Part shown: positions 48,287 through 59,500 of the stretch, piece after piece | Layout: each line of letters opens with the position of its first letter | Numbering within the stretch: position 1 is the stretch's first letter | Assembly: GCA_001643675.2 (NCBI GenBank) | Contig: LSRY02000003.1 | Coordinates: forward strand, 124,001 to 188,000 | From: Monocercomonoides exilis PA203 | Taxonomy: Eukaryota; Protista; Preaxostyla | DNA length: 64,000 nt | Direction: 5' to 3' | Program-made: the position numbers and the translations under genes | The notes under the pieces: model-generated | Database searches by the model: none | Told to the model about the DNA's origin: nothing | Seen by the model: the letters and a program-made list of their open reading frames with translations, nothing else

Positions 48287-49764
48287 ATGGAGGTTGAGTG
48301 TAATCAAAAATCATTTTCATTTTCATTGTGCAAAGATTTTTTGAGTATTAATTCTTTCTTTTTAAAAATATCAATATCTTCTTTTTTTTTTTAACTTTTA
48401 GAATGCTTTGGAGAACTTGAAAATTCTGAATCGGTCAGTCAGCAAACATTGTTAAATGAAACTGTTAGAAAAGTATCTTTAATGAGTAAAGAGCAACTTC
48501 ATCAAAATTTTGATTTATCATCTTTTAACATGATTTCATCGTTTTTGCAAGAAAATTTTCAGAGAGCAAATGACATTTCATGCTTTTTAATATCTGTTGG
48601 AATGCAATTTATATTTTCGTTCGGGTACATCTGTGATTTTGATGATTCAGTCCTTAAACATACATTAGAAGATTATCTAATCTCAGATACTCAAAATAAT
48701 GCTTCATTGGAAGTTAAGAATATTAAGAATTTCAATCCAACTTTTATGTGTGAAGCTTATTATCTCCTTTCAGCTCCGTGGTCTTTTTTAAATACTTCAT
48801 TGCTGTCAGCAACAGTTCCATTGCTGATAACAGAAATTAATCTCTCTGGCAAAACGGAAGAAGAACGCAAAAGAATTGAAATTGCACTTGTTGCACTTGG
48901 ACAAATCAGTATTGTAAGTTTGTTTATTTTATTGTTATTCAACGAAAACATTTCAACACTTCTAACAATTTAGATAATAGCGCGTTTTTCGAAGCGACAC
49001 AATTGAAGGATCAATTGTTCAATTTAATCACACTGCAAAAAAAGCGTCCATACCTTACTGATGTTTCATTTGTGATGGCTTGTTATGCGTATTATGAGTT
49101 ATGCAGATGTAAATGGGATTGCTTTTATTCAAACATATCGAAAATTGGAATTGTCGAAATAATATCGCAAGAGCTTATCAGACTTTCGCAAAATGATGCA
49201 TATAACAACAGTCAATTGCAATTTCCAAATGTTAATTCAAGTTATAGGCACCTGAATTGGGTCAAAAGCGAATGGATATGGCTTCTCAACGGATTATCAA
49301 ATTCTTTAAATGATAAAACGGAAATTTTGAAACAAAAAGAACTTTTTCACCTTCTTCCTGAACTTGCAAAAGACAACACAAATAGCGGAAATCTGAAAAT
49401 CGGCATTATTGAAATTATAACTAATTGTTTCGTCATGAGCTCCCCAAATTCATTTGAGATTCTTTATGAAAGTGGATGTGTCACTTTTGCAATTGAAATA
49501 TTATCTCTATTTTCAGAGACAGAAGAAACAGTTAATCTTTCACTTGTCACATTTATTAAGAAACTGCTAGCCTTTTATCATCATTTGCAATCATTTGAAA
49601 ATCATTTAAAGCTCAAGAAGTACTTCCAGCATATATCAGAAATTATTGAAGAACAAGGAATGTGCGATTCACTAATAGGATGGCATCTTCATTCTTTTGA
49701 AGATTCTGGAATTTCTGTTGATTCAGATATTTTAACTTCACTACAATTTCTTCAAAGCAAGTAA
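48287..49764 (+). CDS. Hypothetical alpha-helical (ARM-like) protein; resembles an expanded oxymonad family
   Basis: Exons 48287-48344, 48402-48913 and 48974-49764 with phase-compatible GT-AG introns. The motifs MCEAYYLL, TVPLLI and EEERKRIEIALVALGQI recall a Monocercomonoides multigene family (from memory). Confidence 0.65.
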
Positions 49765-49921
49765 CACGCTATTCATTTTAAATGAACATATTTGAATAAT
49801 GCAATATTCTTTAAAAAAATGCAATAGATTTGCAAAATTGTTTTTCAAATCCATAAAATTTCTTCATATGCAAATTAAAATGATATATCAAAGATCAATT
49901 CTTCTTTTTTTTTTTTAACAA

Positions 49922-52900
49922 ATGTTTTCTGTTCCAAAATTACCAAATTTTTCTTCGCATTACACTACTGAGCAATATCCATGGGTGGATACGCAGTTAA
50001 ATTTCTTGGGACTTGAGGTTGAAGAGCCCGAGCAGACAGTTGCACAGTTTACGTTTGATTGGCTTCCAGAAGCACATATTCATTTTCATATTCTTGCAAC
50101 AGAAACTGTCAGCCAACTTAGAGACATGCTTTTTACACAGATGGCAATTAAAGGAATTACTCTTCCTCAGTCTCGATGGATGTATCATTTGAGGCTTATT
50201 CCTTCTCTTTATCGCCTTCCAAACACGGATATTCAAGGAGGAGATGATCAGGATGTTATGCTTAGTAATTTTGAGATGTTTAGGAAATGTGCTTCGACGT
50301 GGACACCTCTGCAAATTGAAGTTATCCATGAATCTCGACTTCATGAGTTATCACCTTCTTCTAATCTCGAGAAAGAAAGTTCGCGTGATGGAAATTCTGA
50401 TGGTGAAGATAATAAAGAAACACAATTGGAACGCGCGCAATTTCAAAAAGAGAAAGAAAATACAACAAAACTTCTTAACAAAACGATGTTTTTTTGTGGG
50501 ACCGATTTGCTTATGATAGATAACGAGTTTTCGAAAGAGCGTGTTTATGACCTTCACAAATTGGAAATGGACATTCTTAAAATTGATCCTCGTTTGAGCC
50601 TTGGCCATTCAGCAGAAATTGTTTCTTTCAGAGAGTCGATGGCTCGTCTTAGACGAAGTGAATCGATGCCAGTCGCCCGTTTATCCGATGAGTACATCGC
50701 AAAGGGTTTTGCATTCCAGCTTCCCGAACAGCAAAAAGTGCATCTACCGACATGTCTTTCGCTGCTGCCATCCTCCCTTCCTCTGACATTCACCATTCAT
50801 GTGCGGCTTCTGGATGGGGTGACATTGCGGCCACTTGTAATATCGCGCCACCACACAGCACAGATGACAGTGCGCGACCTGATCAAAGCGACAACCACAG
50901 CTGCAGGCGTGCGCATGATCAAAGAGGATGCAGAGCTGCTGACGCTGAAGGTGCTTGGCCGCGGGCAGTACTATCTTCCGTTCGAGCTGATCATCTCGAA
51001 ACCGACAATCCGGCAGCAGCTGATGGCGAAGTCAGAGCTGATTGAGCTGTCCGTGACGCATCTGAAAGATGCACACGAGCAGCGCAGCTTGGCGCCAGTG
51101 GACGAGACAATCACAGCGCTCGACAAGTTTGTGGTGCCTGAAGCACCACGCCTGCCGCACCTGAGCAAAGTGGAGTGGGGAGGAAGCGGAGGAACAAGCG
51201 GAACAAGCGGGATAAACGGGATAAACGGGTTTAATGGAGGCAGTGGAAGCAGCGCGGGAGAGTTTGGGGGAAGAGACAATGCGCCGCCGTATTTGTCGTC
51301 GTGGAACATCAACACGACGCTGTCGATTGATCTAGTGGGTGTGGAAGGGCTGTCTGTGCGATGGTCAGAGCGGCTGAGAGACATCGTGGAGAAGGAGAAG
51401 AAGAAGAGAGACAGCATCAAACAAACAAGCACGACTGACTCATCATCATCATCCTCATCTCCATCGTCACAACAGTTTGCTTCATCTTCCACTTCTGCTT
51501 CTGCTTCTGCTTCTGCTTCTGCTGCTTCATCATCTCCATCAACCTCCACCACATCCTCCACTTCATCCACCTCATCCACAATTCAGTCTTCTCAATCTTC
51601 TCAATCTTCCTCTTCCTCTTCTTCCTCTTCCTTTGAGCTGTCTGACGCTGAGCTGAGCAGAGTGAGTGGCGGTGTCTATCTTGTGGCGTCTGTCTCGTTC
51701 GGCGGACGGCGTCTGCATTCGATCCAGATGACATCGCCTGTTGTGCCTCTTTCGTCCTCCCCGCGCTTCCACACGCGCCTCACCGCGAGCATCAAAATCA
51801 GCCAGATCCCGTCGCACGCGCGGCTCTGCTGCACACTCTACTTCCACCGCTGCAGCCGCACAGACTCGTCAGTCATCGGCTGCCAGGCAATGCCGTCTTC
51901 GGCTGGGTGGAGCACTCACAGTGGGAGCAGCAGCAGTAGCAATAGCAGTGGCAGTGGGAGTGGTGATGGAGATATCGCACTCGGGTGGGTGTCGTGTCCT
52001 GTGTTTGACTTCCGCGGCTTTCTGCACAGCGGCCCCGTGGCGCTGAAGATGTGGGCAGACGACGAGGCGAATGAGATTGGCACGTGCAATGGAAATATTG
52101 GCGATATGTCAGCGCCTACGCTGCTCTTGTCTTTCCCTTCGTTTGCTGCGCCGGTGGTGTTTCCGAAGGAGCTGAGCGACGAGGAAGAGATTGGAGAGAT
52201 CGTGAAGTTCAACAAGTCGGTGCACCAGTCGAAAACAGTCGTGAAAAGAAGGACTTCTTCGATTTCGGTGTCTCCTTCCTCTTCGCCTTCACCTTCGCCG
52301 TCTTCTTCTCCATTGCCAAGCACATCATCGTCTTTGTTTGCAGCGGCTGTTGCATCAACGTCAATGTCTTCTTCTTCTTCTTCTTCTTCTTCTACAAATG
52401 CTTCTCCTCTTTCTGCCCCGCCGTTCTCGTTGGATGATGCTGCAGAGTCCGAACACAGCAAATTGAAAGGCAAAGCGAAAGAAGAAGGAGAAGATGAAAA
52501 CGAAGGCAACGATGATGAGAATGGCAATGATAATGATGAAGAAGAGGACGATGATCTGACCATTGCTGAGAAAGCAGCAGCGGCTGTGCAGGAAGAGGCA
52601 GGCGAAGACGACACGCTCGACGACGAGGCAAAAGCAGCGCTGTTTGAACAGCGTGCCAAGCAGGCAGCGATCGATGCAGAGAAGATGAAGGCAATAAGCG
52701 ACAGGGATATTAAGAAGTACCCTCACTTCTGCCGCCCTTCTTCTGTGCTGCCTGCTGCTTTGTCTTCTTCTTCTTTCTCGTCGATGTTCAGACAGGTTCC
52801 AGCGTATGTGCGGATGGGCGCGCCTGTTGCACTGCCTCGCCCGCGTTCAGATTCAAAACAGGCTGTGCTGACATCTTCCTCTTCTTCTTCCTCTTCATCA

Positions 52901-54998
52901 TCATCTTCTTCCTCCTCTTCCTCCTCCTCTTCTTCTTCTTCCAGTGGAGCCCTCACATCCGCCGAGCTGCTTGCGAAGCAGGCTGCTGAGCTTGTTGTCG
53001 ACACCTCCATTCCTCTCATCCCGCGCTTTTCTGAGCTGCAGCCAGAGCCTCAGGTGCCCCCCACCCCGCCAACCTCCTTCCCATCCTGCATCGATCAGCG
53101 GATCGAACCAGCTCTTTCTCTGCCCACACAATCTGAATGGAATGTCGTGAGGGCTGTTGTCAAGAGCGACCCACTCGTACCGATTGACGCTGCGTCGAGA
53201 ACAATCATATACAAAGTGAGGTATTCGCTGCTGCCTTATCCTGATGCTCTGCCGAAGTTTCTGAGGTGTGCTGATAGTTTTGTGGATGATTTATGATAAT
53301 AATAATGAATTTGACAAATGATTATTATGTTATTTATTTTTTATTGAAATTTGATTTTTGTCAATTTAAAATTGCAAATATTCAAATATTTTCTCTCTTT
53401 TTTTCTCTCTTTCTCTTTTTCTCTCTTTCTATCTATTCGTCTCAGATGTGTCCACTGGGGCACACGTAGCCAAGTGATAGAAGCACACCACCTCCTTCGC
53501 AGATGGACTCCGATGAACCCGGTCTCAGCAATGGAGCTGTTGGATGCTCGCTTTGCCGATCCGATGGTGAGAGCGAGAGCAGTCGAGTGGGTCGACCAGC
53601 TGTGTGACGAAGAGCTTGAGCCGTTCTTGCTGCAGCTGGTGCAGGTGCTGAAGAACGAGCCATTCCACGACTCTGCCCTGGCAAGACTGCTGGTTAAACG
53701 AGCATTGCGTGCACCAAACACGATTGGCCACTCACTGCTGTGGCATCTGAAAGCAGAAATACACAACGGATACATCAGAGAACGATATGGGCTGATGATG
53801 CAGGAGTATCTGAAAGGGTGTGGTATTCACAGGGAGCTTGTGAGTGAGCAGTCGTCGCTGCTGAAGCGGCTGGTGGGCGTGGCGTCGGCAGTGCTGGCTG
53901 CACCAAAGGCGGATGGGAAATCAGTTCTGGTGAAAGAGCTGGGCGGAGTGCAAAGGGCGATGGCGCTGGGCGGGGCAAAAGTGACGCTGCCTCTCTCGCC
54001 TGACTTCGAAGTGGGAACGTTTGTGAAGGAGAAGTGCCGAGTGATGGACTCGAAGAAGCGGCCGCTGTGGCTGGCGTTTGAGAGCGGGGAGCAGAATCTG
54101 GCATCGATGCTCGTTTTGTTCAAAGTCGGGGACGATATTCGGCAGGACCAGCTGACGCTGCAGGTGCTGCGGGTGATGGATCTTGTGTGGAAGAGCGAGG
54201 GGCTCGATCTGAGGCTGTCACTGTATGGCGCACAGGCAACGGGGGACAACCAGGGCTTCATCGAAGTGGTGACGAATTCAGAGACCATCGCGCACATCAC
54301 AAAGAGAGTGGGAGGCGGGGCGACGGCCGCGTTCTCGAAGCGCTTTCTGTGGGAGTGGCTGTACACACAGTGCGACGGAGACCACGAGCGGTTTGAGAAG
54401 GCGAAGGAGAACTTTGCGTATTCGTGTGCGGGGTATTGTGTCGCGACACATGTGTTGGGGATAGGAGACAGGCACAACGACAACATCATGTGCAAAGTGA
54501 ATGGAAGGCTGTTCCACATCGACTTTGGCCATTTTCTGGGCAACTTCAAAAAGAAGTTCGGGATTGAGAGGGAGAAAGCGCCGTTTATATTCACGCCGGC
54601 GTATGCGTATGTTTTAGGTGGAAAAGAGGGGAAGTTGTATTCTCTGTTTGTGTCGCTGTGTGTGAGAGCTTACAACATCCTGAGAAGACACGCTGCTCTG
54701 CTCATCAACTTGTTCATGCTGGTTTGTATATTTTTATTTTTATTTGACATTCAATTTATTTTGCAATTTAATTATTTTTTACTCATCTTATCATTTTCTT
54801 TCTTCTTTCTTTCAGATGCTTTCAACTGGGATACCCGAGCTGATGCGGGAATCAGATGTTCTTTGGATTCAGAAGAAGCTTCTGCTCAACAAGACAGACG
54901 AGGAGGCTGCTCAGCACATGACGAGACTTGTAGAACTCGCCAGGAAATGCACAATGACACAAGTCAACGACTTTGTCCACATATTTGCTCATTCGTAA
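49922..54998 (+). CDS. Phosphatidylinositol 3-kinase catalytic subunit, class I-like
   Basis: Exons 49922-53265, 53446-54721 and 54816-54998. RBD-like and C2 regions (IALGWVSCPVFDFRGFL), helical PIK domain (LLQLVQVLKNEP), and kinase motifs MDSKKRPLWL, FKVGDDIRQD, GIGDRHNDN and HIDFGHFLGNFKKKFGIERE. Confidence 0.93.
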
Positions 54999-55475
54999 TT
55001 GTTGTTAATCTATTTGTTCAACACCCTTTTTTGGAGTTTCTTGGAAATGAGGGAGTTTTTATTATGAATTTTGCGTTCGTTTTGTATTCTAACTGTAAAC
55101 AAATATCTTTTAGTGAAAAATAAATTACGTTATTAATCAAAAAATCAAAGTTTTTCTGAGGCTATTGATGCAAACGGCCAACAAAAAAGGCAATTACTAT
55201 AAATCATTAACAGGACAATAATTATTTTAATGGAGAGAAGAATATAACATATTATTCTCGAATTATTGTTGAAAGAAGTGATTCTTTTAGAAATTTTCTG
55301 GAAATGTTTTCAGAAAATTTATTTTTAGTAAGTGAAATTGTTTGAAGAACATTTTCGTTCAATTGGAATGCTTCAAAGTGATATAGAAAATACGCTTCAT
55401 TATAAAATTTTATTGTTTTCAATTTTAAAATTGATTGAAAAATTGATGATCAATGACTTAACCAATATTTGTAAA

Positions 55476-56216
55476 ATGACAAAACTTGAGACTCCTTGGT
55501 CGTTTTGGATTGACAGAAGAGCACCTTTTTCAAATCGTGATACAAAAGTAACTGAATCTTATGTATCTTCTTTGAAGCTTCTTGGGACATTTTCGACTAT
55601 TGAAGAATTTTGGGCGTATTTATACTTAATCGTCTTTTTAATGATTGTTATGATTATTTATATTTTAAACTATACTTTTTTGAATAGATATCAATCTTCA
55701 CTAGCGACTGTCGATAAGTTTCCAAAGGATGTGGATTTCCATTGCTTCAGGACTCCAATTAAACCTTGCTGGGAAGAACTTCCCGAAGGAGGAAGTTGGA
55801 ATCTCCGATTCAGAGAAACCTCATTTCGGGTTGGACTATGGGAAAGTCTTTTATTGGCTGCTATTGGGGAGCAATTTCGTGAACAGGAAGTGGTTGGTGT
55901 TTGCTTAAGTATTCGTCCAAAGGATGACTGCCTTTCAGTCTGGTTCCGGCATTCAACACCAGAGATTAAACGCAACACAGAGTTTGATTTTCTTTTGTTA
56001 TGATTGAGATAATTTATATATATATATTTTTTTCATCAATTTTTTATCATGGTTGCAATGAGCAGAGATTTGTTTCGACAGATTCTGAATTTAGATCACA
56101 CAGTCGCTCTTGAATTTAAATCGCATACTCAGTTGCTTCGTTCTGTTAAGGCAAGCAGTGCTAAGCGTGCAAATGAAGCAAGTTCAAAAGCAGATTCTCA
56201 AATTTCTGCGAAATAG
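55476..56216 (+). CDS. eIF4E-family cap-binding protein (non-canonical)
   Basis: Exons 55476-55615, 55688-55981 and 56066-56216. Motifs: LETPWSFW, FSTIEEFW, IKPCWEE, GGSW, LWESLLLAAIGEQF, VVGVCLSIR, LSVW, EFKSH. Confidence 0.9.
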
Positions 56217-56546
56217 ATTTAAATGTTTCACATCAAATATATTTATTGAATTTTAGCGCATTTCTTGGCTTCTAATCATTTCATATTTCTTAACCCTTCT
56301 TTTGAAATATTTATATATCTTAATTTTTAATAGAAATAATAAGAATAATTATTTATTTAACAACATAAGCATTTTAAATCAAATTTTTATTTTCGTTTTC
56401 TTCAATTTTGTTTGTTTTATTAAATTGCTCTCAATTGTGGAAATGTTGTTATTCACCAATAAATCCATTTTATGCTTTAAATTTTTTTCCATTTTCTTCT
56501 AATGAATTTCCGGAAGATCTCAACCGTTATTTGATGACTTTATTTG

Positions 56547-59500
56547 ATGGATGAGAAAAAACCGAGAATTTCTCGGATACCAATGCTAAATCGCAAACAA
56601 AAACAACGTGAAAGTTCTAAAGATAATGTTTGTGATTCATTAAAATTGTTTTTATTTGAATATATTTGCTATAAAATGAAATTATCACATTTTATTTTAA
56701 ATTTTTTTTCGAATCAAAAGGAAGCAAAAGATGCTAAAAATTATGATTTGCCACTTAAAAATGTATCTTTAAAAGAAAATATTGTTACTGGAGATTCTAT
56801 GGACATATTTTCTTTGAAGCAGTTGTGTTTTCAGTTATCTTCAAAAAAAGCTTTTGATGAACGAATGAAAGCAATTATAAATCAGCTTAAGCAGCATTAT
56901 GCAGATCAATTCGAACAACTATCTTCTTTTTGGTCAAAATTGCTTTCAACTGATGCTGCAACAATTCTAGCTCCACTTGATTCTGCTCTTGATGTTTTGC
57001 GAACCAATATTGACTCTATTCAAGATTTGGAACACAAATGCATTGAAATTAGCGATAGGTCTATTGATTCTCACGAACTTACCTTATCTCAACTGGAGTC
57101 ACGATGTTTTCGTGCTTTATCATTTCCATATCCTTTGATTTGCCTTCGTTTGATGGAAATGTTGCAACGTCCAAATGACTTGACTTCATCATCTAATTTT
57201 TTAAATGAAAGTACTTTATCGCAAAGGACAAGCTTGTCAACAACTCAGCTACATTTTTTATTGGGCCAGCACTCATTTCCTCAGCCAGGACTTCCACGTC
57301 AATCAGCACTGACTTTGATAAATTCAATTACAACTCTTTTATCTGAAAATCAAAAATGTGATGCCTTTTCATTCGAAAAATTACCATTTGGTTCAAAAGA
57401 TGATTTTCTTTCTTGGATAGAATCTTTGCGTCGAACACTTACTCCAAACACCATGTTTTCATTGCCTGCTGAGCGTAATCTTATTTCAAGCGTTTCATTT
57501 CCAATGTCTCCCTTGCTTGTTCCGCCAACTTCTTCCTCGAGTGCATCAACAGCGTTTTGCAATGCTTCGTCATTTTCACCTGAAGCATTTGTAACCCCTC
57601 AAAAGAAATTTAGTTCGGAATCCTCTTTCTCATCTATTGATAGCTCTTCTTCTGGAAAGGAAGAGAAACTTCCAAAATCTTTTTCTTTAGTCTTTGGTGA
57701 ATGGGAAGAAAATATCGACAGAGCTCTTTCAGCACTTATGGGCAAAGTGGTTGATTTGCATGAACAGCTGAAGAAAAGTCCAGAAACATCCAAAAGAAAG
57801 TTACGAAACAGAAAGAAAGGGCACCAAGATGAAAAGAGCGAAGAATTGACAGAGTCAAATGATTCGTGTGCTTCTTCAAGTTGTGAATGTTCGGATGATT
57901 CAGACGAGTCTTTCACATCATCTTCACTTCGAATACCAAAAAGCAAATCATTTTCATCAACATCTTCTTCTTCTTCCTCTTCCTCTTCCTCTTCTACTGC
58001 CAACTCTTCTTCATTTCATTTCAAAAGTTCTGCCCAACAGATTTCATCTGATCAGTTTGCAGCACTCCTCAATCGTGTTGTTGAAGGCGTTGATCTTTTG
58101 GGGAAACGCGTCGAAAGTGCCAGTAAAAAGCTGTCTTCTCAGAAAGACAAGCAAAAAAGGAGAATTTCTCATCTTCAAAGGCAGATTGAACAAGAAAGAA
58201 GAAAAAGGAGTGAGGTTAATAAACAGAAGTTAGCTGGTTATGAGGCTTCTGTGCAGAATGAGAGGGAAGATTGGGTAAAGGAAAGAAAGCAGTTGCTTTT
58301 GGCAATCAACCAGTTGAGCCAACAATTGAATGATTCCAGCAAAGGAAAACATATTCAGGAAATGAAAGAATCAACAGAAGAAACAGCAGGTGTTGGCAGA
58401 CAATTCGAACAAAAAGGCACTTTTGAACAGAATTCAACTTCAAATTCAGCTTCTCCACAAAATGTGAAAGTGAATGATCGAATATGCAATGTACCAAAAC
58501 CAGAAAAGCAGAACAAAACAAAACAGATCACAAACAAAGATTCGCCTCTTCATTCTTCATTGTCATCAACAGCACCAACATTATCATCATCAACATCTTC
58601 TTCTTCTTCTCTGTCGTCTCATTTATCTCAAACTCAACCTTCTATCAAACCTTCGCATTTCACTCATTTCCATTCCTCAGCTTCACCCAGCACATCACGC
58701 TCCATTTCAAACAGACGATCAACTTCATCCACACGCCATCTCTCTCAATCACCCCTTCCACGTCATTCTTCTCATTCACATCGCTTCTCTTCCTGTTCTT
58801 CCAATCTTTCGCATCACAGCTCAGAACCTGGCTGTTCTTCTGCTTTTGCCTCTGCCTCTCCTTCAGCCTCAAAATCAGCATCACCCACGTCACGTTACTC
58901 ATCTGTCTCTTCTGCTGCCTCTCAATCTGATTATTCAAAGAGCAAAAACTCTTCTCGCAATCTCCTTCATCAGCATCGCAAACATCGTCATCATCATCAC
59001 CTTCATCATCATTCCAGTCATAATCACCCTCATAGCAAATCATCACACAGATCTTCCTCTCATCATTCTTCCCATCTCAAAGACACACACAGAGATTCCT
59101 CTCTTCGCAAGCATGACTCTCATGACACTTCTCTTTCATCAGCACAGTTTGCATCATTTGCACCTTCTGAGTCACTCACTCCCCCAAACCACGTCAAACG
59201 TGTCCCGTCGCTCTTATCATCGGCTGCTGTGCAATCAGATGCGCAATCAACTGACAATACAAAACTAAGCAGGAATAGCAATGTATCATCAACAGATGAA
59301 TGCAAAAGAAGCAGAGAAAGCAGAAGAAGCAAAGGAAGCAGCAAATATTCAGTTGTCAATTCACTTTCACAGACATCCACTCCGGTTGAGTCGAATGAAC
59401 TGTCTTCTGCTGGTCAATTGAACTCGTCTTTTGTGAATGCATCACCAATGGTTAACACAATGTGCATGCCTTCCAGTTCTATTTCGCCATTTGCAGCATA

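Noticed and set aside
53351-55123. Separate 590-aa kinase gene with hydrophobic ends
   Set aside because: It is exon 2 of the PI3K gene; the hydrophobic ends are translated intron sequence.
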